Position numbers and translations under genes: made by a program. Of a stretch of 64,000 nt of DNA, positions 11,901-22,201 are shown in pieces. The notes beneath the pieces are model-generated. The model did not search any database. It was not told the origin of the DNA and saw only the letters and a program-made list of their open reading frames with translations. The stretch lies in assembly GCA_010909165.1 (NCBI GenBank), contig MU008182.1, positions 558,001 through 622,000 on the forward strand, given 5' to 3'. Positions within the stretch are counted from its first letter, which is position 1, and the number at the start of each line of letters is the position of its first letter. Source of the stretch: Anthoceros angustus. Its lineage: Eukaryota; Plantae; Anthocerotophyta.

Positions 11901-12423
11901 TAAAGGCATCTGGTTTCGGAGCCATGGTGAACACATCCATCGCTTCCTGCAACCTAGCATGAGAAGCATACATTCGCAAGATGTGGTTGCACAAGAACGT
12001 GTACAAGTCATACCCCCCTTTAACTGTAAGGGCATGGACCCGGCGACCCAGAACCAGATCCCTGCCAACCACACATGCTTTTATGACTGTATAGAGAAGA
12101 GATTGGGAAACAGGATAGTCTGCCTGCACCAAAACCCCCATAGCCTCCACAGCCTCCGCGAGCTGCCCTTCGCGACACAGTTTCTTCACAGTGTCAGCAA
12201 TTACTCCCCTTTCGTATCCTGCAGGCCACGGAGGCTGACAATCCTCTGGCACCCTCCGGTTGGATGTAGCAGCACGACGACCACCCATCTGCATTTCCAG
12301 AGCAGCCAGGTGCGCCTTCACCCGATCTGCCTTGCAAAAATTGTGTACAAGGCTGTGTCGCCCTCTGCATGAATGACGTGCAACGCGCCAGCCAACCATA
12401 ATTGGCACAAGCAGACGCTGCAT
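8941..12423 (-). CDS. PLS-class pentatricopeptide repeat protein (organellar RNA-editing factor type), 1160 aa, intronless, E/E+ C-terminus, no intact DYW domain
   Basis: Repeated P (DVVTWTALIAGYSQQG), L (NAVTFVSLLQAC) and S (ANSLVNMYAKCGSLEDA) motifs; E domains (EHYTCMVDLLGRAG, WHNIMGACRKWSNVE); PG box PGQSWW..VHSFWVGDNKHP. Confidence 0.95.
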   Translation of the reverse strand: MQRLLVPIMVGWRVARHSCRGRHSLVHNFCKADRVKAHLAALEMQMGGRRAATSNRRVPEDCQPPWPAGYERGVIADTVKKLCREGQLAEAVEAMGVLVQADYPVSQSLLYTVIKACVVGRDLVLGRRVHALTVKGGYDLYTFLCNHILRMYASHARLQEAMDVFTMAPKPDAFMWSSIISAHVKHGQAKQAIQLYHGMLESPVKPDGHVFVAALQACARGADLRTGEQVHADVLASGVDPDLFVSNCLIDMYAKCGSLKDARRVFDGLGRRDVVTWTALIAGYSQQGMGQEALNLFSAMQEEGIAVPNAVTLVSLLQACARVGTPALEKGKQLHAQVRERGLQADVLLANSLVNMYSKCGSLEDAQQLFDGLGQKDVVTWTALIAGYSQQGLGQEALHLYGAMQEEGVAVPNAVTFVSLLQACASVGSLALEKGKQLHAQIGEQGLDVDVVVGGSLVNMYAKCGSLKDAQIVFDGLGQKSVVAATTLIAAYAKCGNLKNAQKIFDGLHQKDVVTWNAMIAGYSQQGMGHQGLYLYKALQDEGFVTPNAVTFVCLLQACAGVGSPGLEKGKQLHAEIRDQRLQEDVFVANSLVDMYAKCGSLEDAERVFDGLPKKDVVTWNAMIAGYSQQGMGLEALHLYREMCKEGMAAPNSVTFVSLLQACASLGAPALENGKGLHAQIGEQGLQADVVVGCSLVNMYAKCGSLEDAQNVFDGLGQKNVVTWNALIAGYSQQGMGLKAFHLYSAMQEEGIAAPDCVTFGCLLQACASEGVSALEMGRQLHAQIKEQGIHADVFVANSLVNMYAKCGSLEDAEGVFDELGQKNVVTWTAMIAAYSQQGMGQEALHLYRVMQEESIIAPDSVTFVCLLQACANLAALHLGRQLHAQIEEQGLQADGLVAVSLIIMYAKSGSMVHAQQVFDALPGRDVDAWNALIAGYTRQGDSDVVFHLFRMMIKDGIQPTGTTLLSVLTVCSHTGLVKKGREYFEAMSRQYGIAPMTEHYTCMVDLLGRAGQLDEALALARTMPVLPDAAVWHNIMGACRKWSNVEIGRHAFDEAVKLDKKDAAAYVSMSNIYSSAQMWEQAQEMQAQRTGIGAWKQPGQSWWTDMDGLVHSFWVGDNKHPESEGIYASLKQLFSKIKEEGTNLNSSCVDRKEDHRVWA

Positions 12424-13011
12424 CTACATAGTCATCGCCTAAACCCAAAACCCAGCTCCTCTCCGCCAGCTGGGCTGATTCTGCTTGTATCCATGGTGGC
12501 GAAAGACACTTGCTTCCGCAATCCCAACACCACGTTTCAGAACGCATCCTGTACCAATTCGAGAAAGCGGTATGTTGAAAGTGCTGAGCATCTGGTGATG
12601 GTCTGTGGATTCAAAACAAGCTGTCCCAAGACTTCAGACGAACAAATTGATAACTGCGGGTTAACGAAACCACGGTAGAAGATCATACATTAGAACAAGT
12701 AGACTACAGCTCTTTGAGCTTCTCCTGCTGCCATGGCTTCCCGAAATGAATCCTAAGCAAGCCGAACCGTAGGCCCGGATCCAAACCTCGGTAACGACCT
12801 CTGCCTTTCATTCCCTGCCAGCCGAGAGACTGGTCCTCAATCGGAAAGCATCAAGGATCTGTGAATGTGGCGTACAGCCTTGAAGGGAAAATTCGAATTG
12901 GGTCTGGCACGTTTGATTGCAGGACACCCATTTGTTGGAGTAACAGGTGTGAAGAGAGTGAGATCCGCTTGAGCAGTCTGTGTGCTCTGGTTGCGAGCAG
13001 GCACATGAACG

Positions 13012-15389
13012 ATGGCGAGCTTAACAGGAACCCCTTGTTTTTTGTCGCTGTCCCTGGGCTTGCCTCACTCCAAGTCTCAGGGACTAATTCTGAAAGCAGC
13101 TGTCACCTCGTGCGACTTCAGAAAGGCAGCTGTTCCCAGCATTTGCAGCGCGCAGGGTAGGATTTCCAGAAGTCCGGTTTTTGTTGCGTCTTCAGTCTCT
13201 GCTGGAGATGCATTATCGGATTCAAGTGACGACGGGGTGAGTTCTAGTTCCAGCTCTAATAGCTCCGAATCATCGTCTAGTAGCAGCAGCAGCAGCTCCT
13301 CATCCGATGATTCGGACTCAGGCTCTGGTTCCAACTATCCATTCTTGCCTTCCAGGCACGCTTCAGAGAAAACAGGGGGAGACAAGGCCAAATCTTCAGC
13401 CCAGGCTGCGTTGGAGAAAGCTATGGCGTACAAAAAATCCAAGGGACTAGTCGCTGGTCAGCAAGCGAGGACGTTCTCCTCGCCTCCTGCTCGCCCTCGT
13501 CCTCCCTCTGGCGGTGACGTTCCTCAGGTGGAGGTTATTGCAGGAAAGCCTTTTGGATCATCCTTGAAGCCCTATGCTTCTCCGGAGTTATCCTCAGGGG
13601 AAGGTGGTAAAGATCTGGCCAGGGCAGATGGTGGTGTCGACACATCCTCTCCAGCTCAGCAAGTGGATAAGGAGAATGTGTCTGTGGATGACCTCAGGAA
13701 GCAAGACGAGGACAGCTTAACGGAGGCCCGAGAGCTTCCGACGCAAGGAGAAAGTAGAAATTCCGTAGGTGAGGAAGCCAGTAGAAATTCCGTAGGTGAG
13801 GCAGCCCTCTCCGCTTTTCAAAAGGCAAAGGCTTACAAACAACAGCAAGCAGAAATGGTGGCTGCTTTGCAGGGGAAGGAAAGTGTGGAAGTTGGTGACC
13901 CTGCTTCCGAGGAGAAGTCTGACTATTTGGAGGTGGAGATCTACACACGAGATGGAGTGATCAAACGAAAAACACAGAAACCAGAAAAGGCGTTTTCTTT
14001 GGTGAAGGAGTCAAAGAAGAAAGGAGTTTCACAATTGGATTTCACTGGATTAGGCTTTGCGGATAAAAAGAGTTCCAGCACTCCTGCTGGGTTGATGAAA
14101 GGTATGGAGATGGCTGCCCCAACCAAGCTCCCAGAAGTGGAAATCATAACTAGGGACGCTGGAAGTGCTGGGATTCAGGATGCAGACACTGAGGGCTCTC
14201 TCTACAAACCGAAGGTCTCTACATGGGGAGTTTTTCCAAGACCAGCCGATATTTCGAAAACAGTAGGTCTGCAACATGCCTTGGATATGATTGACTGCTC
14301 TGCGATGACTTTGACATGACCATCTGAATGTTGCATTGTACTCGAAGTCCCGATGTCGTGTTTATAAGGCTGGTTCGTTTGTCAGTATGGAGGAGGTCGA
14401 ACGATCAGGCCTGGGGAGAGTCTGGAAACGGAAGAGGAGAAGGGAATAAGAGAAGCACGAACAAAGAAGTTGCTTGATGATTATCGTCAAAAAATGGGCT
14501 TGGATGTGGACCCACGGATGAAGGCTGCGAGTGAGAAGGTCTAAACCTTTCATCAGTTTCCTATGCTGGTCCAGAGATGGCTCGTCTGGTTCTGGCACAT
14601 GAATTCCCTTGCGAAGGATGCACATGACTCACTAGTTCGTGTTTTGCAGGAAATCAAAGAAGGTGAGAACTTGATGGAACAAGGAAGCATGAGGGAAGCG
14701 TATGCGGTCTTCCAGGGCGTCTTGGACAGAATGGCTTTTCAGGTATGATACAATCGAGATCTTAGATTCACTCTAACTATGACCCCCGGATGAAACCCTC
14801 ACGAAAGCTGACTGATTTGTGCTCCAGACTGAACTACATGGCCTAGCAGCCTTGCAGAGTGCTGTGTGCTTGGAAGCTATCGGCAGGTGGGTCGATAGGA
14901 ACTCTCTGAACAGCGTCGCAGAGCAAAGCACTTTTTGCGTGTCTTGCTAACCCACAACTCTTGACTAGGTCCACGGACGCCAAATTGCTGTATGAGAAAC
15001 TCATAACGCATCCGAACTTTGGTGTGCGGAAGAAAGCCAAGCAGTTGCTGTTTGGCTTCCAGGTAAGAGCTAGACAAAGCACGGGGAGGGGCAGAGGGGA
15101 GGGGGGAAGAATGCGGGAAGCTGGCTCCACTCTGAACGCATGTGGTTCTTATCAGCGTGTCTTTCGCATGTTTCAGGCAATGGACACGCTAAAACTATCT
15201 TCGAATTACAACTGGGACAGTGAGATTTACCGAAAGTACTTCGACTCTTTTGCAAATGGGTACAGCAACGCCTACAAGCGGGAAGAAGAAGACTCGGATT
15301 ACCCCTTCTTATTAAGAATTCTACCTTACGCCGTCCTCTTGTTCCCAATTCTCCTAATCGTAGCTCTTGCCGCCATGAAGAGGACTTGA
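13012..15389 (+). CDS. Conserved plastid-targeted membrane protein, Arabidopsis At2g38780-like; exons 13012-14262, 14386-14538, 14650-14742, 14828-14886, 14969-15062, 15177-15389
   Basis: Transit-peptide-like N-terminus; LYKPKVSTWGVFPRPADISKT|YGGGRTIRPG; TELHGLAALQ; YEKLITHPNFGVRKKAKQLLFGFQ; C-terminal hydrophobic helix; splice phases consistent. Confidence 0.85.
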
Positions 15390-15686
15390 GATGTGTCGCA
15401 GTCTGGCCTCTTCTTGCATTGCGAGCTGCACTTGCTACCACACTTCCCCGGGAAAAAATGAGCATCCAATACGCTGTCAGTTGCTGGGCGGTTAGAAAAA
15501 AATTGTCAATTTCAATGGCGATATCGGGCAGGTACTAGAAACAGCACAACCTTGGGGAAAAAAATGTTTGGTTGTGTTCCGCAGTCTTCCAGGCTTCCTC
15601 CTCCTTGTTTGCTGTACACCGAAGCAACAGCACGGAAGGAAGGAAAGTCGGGAGGATTATAGTTGTCTCCACTTCGTGTAACCGTA

Positions 15687-18600
15687 CTAGCTTACAGGAG
15701 ATAGCTGCGAGGGCGGGTCCGAGGAGTTCGGTACACCGGTCCCTGGTACCCTGCAGCCCTCTAGCATGAAGACCACCTCCGTCATGGAGGGTCTGTCGAT
15801 GGGGTCGGGAGCAGTACAGAGAAGCGCCACTTTCACAGCTAGCAGGAACTCTTCCCACTCACTGGAGTCAGGGTCCAGTTCCAGCAAGCTCGGGTCGAAT
15901 AGTTCTGAAACCTGCCCTGTTTGGAGCTGCCGCTTCACCCATTTCACGATGTCCTCATTTTCAGAGAAAACCACTGGCCTCTTTCCTGTGAGGAGTTCCA
16001 GCAAAACCACTCCAAAGCTGTATACATCCGCTTCTCTGGTTAGCTGCCCGGAGATGTTGGCTTCAGGGGAGACATACCCTAAGGAGCCTACAGGAGTAGA
16101 GGAGGAGGACGGGTCCACAGGAGTCACAGATAGCTTGTCCAGGCCGAAATCCGAGAGGTGGGCCTCAAAGTCTGCATCGAACTGAACGTTATTTGGCTTC
16201 ACGTCACCGTGGACAATGGGAGGGCTGCATTGGGTATGCAGGAAGGAAAGCCCACGAGCCACTCCCAGCGCAATGAGGTGTCTCATTGGCCAATTGAGAA
16301 TATGGCCTTCCTGATGAGAAGCTTCTTGCAGGAGAGCGGCTAGATTACCATTGGGCATGTAGTCGTATACTAACAGCTTCACATCTCCACTCACATAGTA
16401 ACCCCGTAAAACTGTGAGGTTCCTGTGCTTCACTTTGCCCAGCATTTCTGCTTCTGCTCTGAAGAGGCTCTCCTCCACCACGCCGTCAGGCAGCCTCCGC
16501 ACAGACAGCACGGTTCCATCATGCAGTACTGCCTTGAACACGATACCATGTCTCGTTCTGCTTACGACGTGCTCCTCATCAAACTGACCTGTACCCTCAA
16601 CTATGTTGCCGAAATGGAGGGGACTGTTGAACATCACTAGCTTCCGATCTGGTGACGGTTGCTCCTTGACGAGTGTCTTGTCGGACCTTAGCAGTAGCAG
16701 GAAAAAGTAGGTAGCCAGGATAGCCAGTACGATGAACAGTAGAGATCCACCAGCAGCTCCTATGCCAATAATAGCTGCCTTTCCCAGGCCGGACTTTTTC
16801 CCGCTGACAAAACAGGACACGTTCAACGGAGGACCACACAGCAAGGCGTTGTCCGCAAATGAAGTCCCGTTGAATCTCTGGATAGATGGGGGGATAGCAC
16901 CTGAAAGATCATTACCCGAAATATTGAGGAAGACTAGATCAGGTGAGCTGCCCAGGGTAGGCGGAATTTGCCCACTGAATTTGTTGTCAGAAAGATCCAA
17001 GGAGCTCAGCATGCTCCAGTTGCCCACACCTGGAGGAATGCTATCCGAAAGTTCGTTGCTAGACAAATTGAGATCCACCATACTAACCAGATTCGCAAAT
17101 GAGGATGGAATACCTCCTGTCAAATGATTCCCAGCCAAATAGAGAATCCTTAGCTTGGACAGGCCACCCAGGCTCTGCGGAATATTACCCGTCAGGTTGT
17201 TCTTGCCAAGGTCGAGGACTTCAAGTTGTGCCAGTGCTCCCAACTCCGATGGAATGTTACCCACCAGCTTGTTACCACGGATATAGAGAAAAGCCAGGGT
17301 GCCGATGTTCCCCATCTCAGTAGGGATCCCACCGATGAGCTGGTTGTTCGAAAAATCTAGAAGCTGAAGACTGCTAAATAGTCCCAAGTCCGCAGGAAGA
17401 TTGCCAGAGAAGAGGTTGTCATTCAGCTGGAGCACCTGCAGCCCAGGGATACTGGAGATCGCACTGGGAATGTTCCCACTTAAAGAATTAAATGACAGGG
17501 AAAGGTTCCTAAGGCTCTGTAAGTTGGTAAGCTCCGTGGGTATAGAACCCGACAGGTTTAGGGCGCTAAGATCCAGCACCTGGAGAGAGGAGAGATTACC
17601 GAAAGATCGAGGGATAGGTCCTGAGAAGCTGTTTCCTCTAAGATTCAGGACCTGCAATCTCGGCAGACCCGCAAGCCAAGGAGGAAGACTGCCCGAAAGC
17701 GAGTTATTCCTCAAGTCCAACACCTCCAAGTTCACTAGCTGGGAGAGCTCCCGAGGAATCTCCCCAATGAGACCGGCGGAGGAGATCGACAAGCCTTGCA
17801 GGTTCTGCAGATTGCCTAGCTCAGGTGGAATTGGCCCTGACCATGTATTACCGCCAAGAGATAGCTCGCGTAAACTGGGCATGGCTCCTAAGGCCGACGG
17901 AATTGGTCCCAGGAAAAAATTATCAGCCAAAGACAAAACCTGTATATTCTGTAGCTGACTGAGCTCTGCTGGTATTTGCGAGGTGAGGGAGTTGGCCTGC
18001 AGATCCAGGGTGATCAAGTTTCGCAAGCCTGTAATGCCCAGAGGTATGATACCACCAAGGAAGTTGAATGAAAGGTTCAACAGCTGCAAATTCGACAATT
18101 GCCCAAGAGCCTGCGGGATGGCACCCTGAAAGCCATTCTCACCCAAAGAAAGGATCTGAAGAGCAGAGAGGTTGCCCATAACTGCCGGTACCTGCCCAGT
18201 GAGATTGTTGTGACTGAGGTCTAGGACGCTGAGGCCATTCCATACCCCAAAAGAATCAGGAACGGGTCCAGACAAACCATTGTGACTCAAGTCAAGAGTC
18301 TGGAGCCCCCTTGGAAATGACAGCGATGATGGGATGCTCCCATCCAATATGTTGTGGCTGAGGTTGAATGTCTGCAGAGCCGACAAACTACCAATCTCCT
18401 GCGGAATAGGCCCCGACAACAGGTTCTGCGAGAGATCCAGGTTGTTAAGACTAACACAGCCGGCAAGTTGCAAGGGTATACTTCCTGACAGCTGGTTGCT
18501 GGCAAGATCGAGCGTCTTGAGGGACTGGAGATTCCCCAGCGTCGCAGGTATGGTCCCAGAAAGCTGATTGTAAGCTAAGTTCAAAACCTGCAGCTGCAAC

Positions 18601-19137
18601 AGGTTTCCGAACGACTGGGGTATCTCCCCTGTCAGATTGTTGCTATTCAGAAACAGCATACGCAGCTGAGTGCAATTTCCGATAGATGAGGGAATAGGAC
18701 CAGCGAAATAATTTCCATGAAGGCTGATTCGCTGAAGCTCACTCAGTGTTCCAAGAGACTCTGCAGGCAGCAACGTTCCAGGAGATCAGAACTGAACTGT
18801 TTCGGAAAGATTACATAGAGCAAACACAGTGTCATCCGCAGGAGAGGAGCGCACCTGAAAGTGTTCCTTGCAGCAGCAGACCCGGTAACTGCAAACCAGT
18901 GACCCTCGCACTCCCTGGATTCTTGCATAGGACGCCCTTCCACGAACAGGGAGCGCCATCTGCCACATCCCATGTGCCAAGCTGGTTACCAAGATCCACC
19001 AACCCGGCCCTGAACGCCCGTAACGCAGCAATGTCCCGGTCCAAACTCCCGCTCTCCTGGCCAGCGCTCTCATTCATAAACAAGCCGCAAATCAGCAGAA
19101 GCAGCAACCCCAGAGTCAGGGCCGCCGGTCCTTCCAT
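15687..19137 (-). CDS. MUS: LRR receptor-like kinase of the MUSTACHES/MUS-like (At1g75640/At4g36180) clade; exons 19137-18855 and 18760-15687, 1118 aa
   Basis: Signal peptide, LRR N-cap (PCSWKGVLC), many LxxLxLxxNxLSGxIP repeats and a TM helix. Kinase signatures FDEEHVVSRTRHG, LSVRRLP, LLQEASHQEGHILNWPMRHLIALG and HGDVKPNNVQFDADFEAHLSDFGL. Confidence 0.9.
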
Positions 19138-22100
19138 CCTACGATCTCAGCTGGTGGCGCATTCCCCTCAAAGAAAACCTGGTGCACCAACAGAAATTCT
19201 GCCGCAGTCTGCTATCCTGAAGCTGGTCCCTGACAGAGTCCTCATGACGGGTCCAATGCAACGTCAAACAACACACTTCCAACTGTCGTACTATCCGAAA
19301 ACTGCACGACGGACAGGCCACGCAATCCATCCATATAACCTCCTGCCTTGGTGGAAAACCCTGGCAGGCAACTCCCTCAGCATCCCTCCCGCTCCAACAA
19401 ATTATCCTATCCACCAGCACACCTGTGCTCCAGCTCTGAGACGATCACACTCCCGCCTTCCCTTCCACGGATCCGCACCTTCCTCATCCGCTGCTCCTTA
19501 AAATACAACCTTCCCAGGCACTTCCCAGGCTCCCCCCGTTCAATCCTTCAAGCCGAATGCACGTCCATCGGCATTGCTTGAGCGAGGAGGCTGCAGCAAT
19601 CCCGCCTCCTCCCTATCCACACTCCCGATCGATCCAACACCCCCCTCCCGCCCAGCTGACAAGTCTCACTTCAAGCCCGGCAATTTCCAGAGCCTGAAAA
19701 CAGAAGAGCTTCGGAAGATGGCTGACTGGCGCACTTCAAAACCAGTCTCTGCAATGCAATGCAATGCAATGCAATGCAAGGCAATGCAGCTCGCTTTCCT
19801 GGCCTGAGTCAGGCAGGAAAGCTCCCTGCAAGAATGCGCGCAGCACAGCCTGGCTTCAAATCGTGCTGCAAGAAGGGAAGAATTGTCCAGGCCCGGAATC
19901 ACCCACCACGGCTCCCGGAAAGGAAAAGACACATTCGGCGGGTGTCAGGTAAAGGAGCAATAGCAGTCCCAACAAAGCGAAGGCAGCGACGGGAGCCCGA
20001 GATGAGCGAGCTGGCCAGTAGTGGCGGGTGCGGGAGACGCGCACGCACCCCGAGATGGCGGCAAATATACGGGGCCGACCGCTTCCCGGTCAGAGACCAC
20101 TACAACTTCACATGCAATGCGGGATAACCACGATACGCGAATTCCTTCACAAAAGCTTCACAATTCGCGTTTCACACGAATCGCAATCCGACCGCGAGCG
20201 ACCGCCTTCCACCCTCGTGGATATTTTGTTCCAAGGACATCCTCCATTTCGGGCATTTCGGGCATTTCGGGCATTTCGGAAATTCGAGTCCCTCTGCGTA
20301 AATCGTAACTTCACCGTGGCAGCAACCGTTGGGCCCACGGCCCGAGCAAAGTCACGGGATTGTCGCTTGCGCAGACTGCCAGCTGCCGCGCACCGTAGCC
20401 GGTCGCAGGGCGCCAACGGCAGCCGCGTCAGGCGACCGTTGCGGCTCGGCCACCGGGAGCAGCCGGTGCGGCAGCGGTGGTGGGTGAACGGAACTGCAGG
20501 ACGGGGCCGTGCATGGGAACGGGGCCCGTTGGGCGGTGGCAGAGTTATGAGGCAGCGGAATTGTTAAGGTTAGGGAAGATGCGCAGCTGGGGATGTCTGT
20601 AACTGTAAATGCGCCTGAACCTGAATGATGACGACGGTGGGGGCAGCGGCCAGTGGGCGGGCCGCGGGCCGTGTCGACATTGTCAACTCAAACGGGGCGG
20701 GCCCCGCCGCTACTGTAATTGTGTGCACGCCGGACGGGCCTATCGCAAAGACATTATACGGCGACGCTCTCGTGCTGTTACTCGTTCGCAGGAGGAGGCT
20801 GTGGCGAAGAGGGGACCACCGAGGCGGAGCGTGCGGGCGAGAACCACGCTCCCCGTGAAGTTCGAACCCGGATGGGCGGTTAGGTCGCACACACGAACCG
20901 GACCGGGGGTTTAGGTGGCGAGTCGTGAGTCGTGAATCGTGAATCGTGAATCGCGACTGACAGCATCTTGGCACGAGTCGCGACCCGCGACTCCATTCAA
21001 TTCTGCCGTGGCCGCCGTTGGCGCCATGCAGGCCGCATGGCCTAGGGCGAGGGCGCGATGGCGGACCGGTGGAGAGCAGAGGCTTTTAATGCGGGTTCTG
21101 GAACAGCACGTCAAGCCGACTCCGGCCAAAAAGGTGGTGGGTGGGAAAGCGGCCTTTTCTTCCGCTTGCAGCCTTCGGATGCTGTTAGGGGCCGGGGCCG
21201 GGGCGAGGGAGTCGTACTGGCTTGACGCAGAGCTGTACAGGCCAGCTGCCAGCTTGCTGCGTTGCACCCAAGACAGGACAAGGCGCATGTATGTAGGCAG
21301 ACCATGCCCGTTGTTCCGCTCGGCTGATCAAAGCCGTGACTAGCAGTGATGCAGGTTTTGGGGAGGCCATGGTACCGTGGGCCACACCACCATCGTGTTA
21401 GGGATTGGGAGTATCATTGACGCCGTGTTGCCAGAGAGCACTAGGGCGGGGCAGGTATTGGGTGGGCTGATTTCACAAGAAAGACAGCTTCTTCTGCTTC
21501 GGCTGTTGGGGCCCGTCGTCTTCCCTTGTCCTTCTCCCACACATCGTCGTAAAGAATGTGTGTCGGATGGTCTGTCTCAATTCTTGCATTTTATATGTAT
21601 ATCTTCCCGGCCAGCGCGGATGGCTGGGCCGGCGGGACCAGTGGGATCGGATAAGATGGAAATATAGGTTACCTGATGAGATAATAGCAGCTTACATCGG
21701 GGGGTGGAGAATGCCTGGACTGGCACTCAGGACACTGGACTCTAGGGCTGCGACCCTGGGCTAGCGACAGAACTGGATGTCTCTGATAACAATCATAAAC
21801 TTATTGCTCATCCGCAACGGAAGGGTTGCAGGAAGTATGTAAGCCGGCTGCATGGCCGTGATCACGACTGGACAACCATGGCCACAGCAAGTATGTATCA
21901 GCGTCTCCACAGCTTCCGCGCCTCTCGGGGTGTCGAGGGGCGACGGTGTCTCTCACTCACAGCGTGTCCCTCAACCACTTGAGAGCCCCAGCAGCAGCCG
22001 ATCTAATACCAGCGGGAGCGTCCAACACAAAAGGAGAAGCTTCAGAATGCGCGCATTCACTGACAACTCACCACTATACCTCAAAACTGCCTCACTGCTC

Positions 22101-22201
22101 AGACAGAAAAGGAAAGGAAAAAAGGGTTGGTGGGTTTTCTACAGTCCCCTCCTACGGAGGCACGGAGGCTCCCTAGCGGAGCATCGCCATGCACCCAGCT
22201 G

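Noticed and set aside
20855-20885. gttcgaaccc T-loop-like sequence as a tRNA or SINE
   Set aside because: No cloverleaf or A-box can be formed around it.
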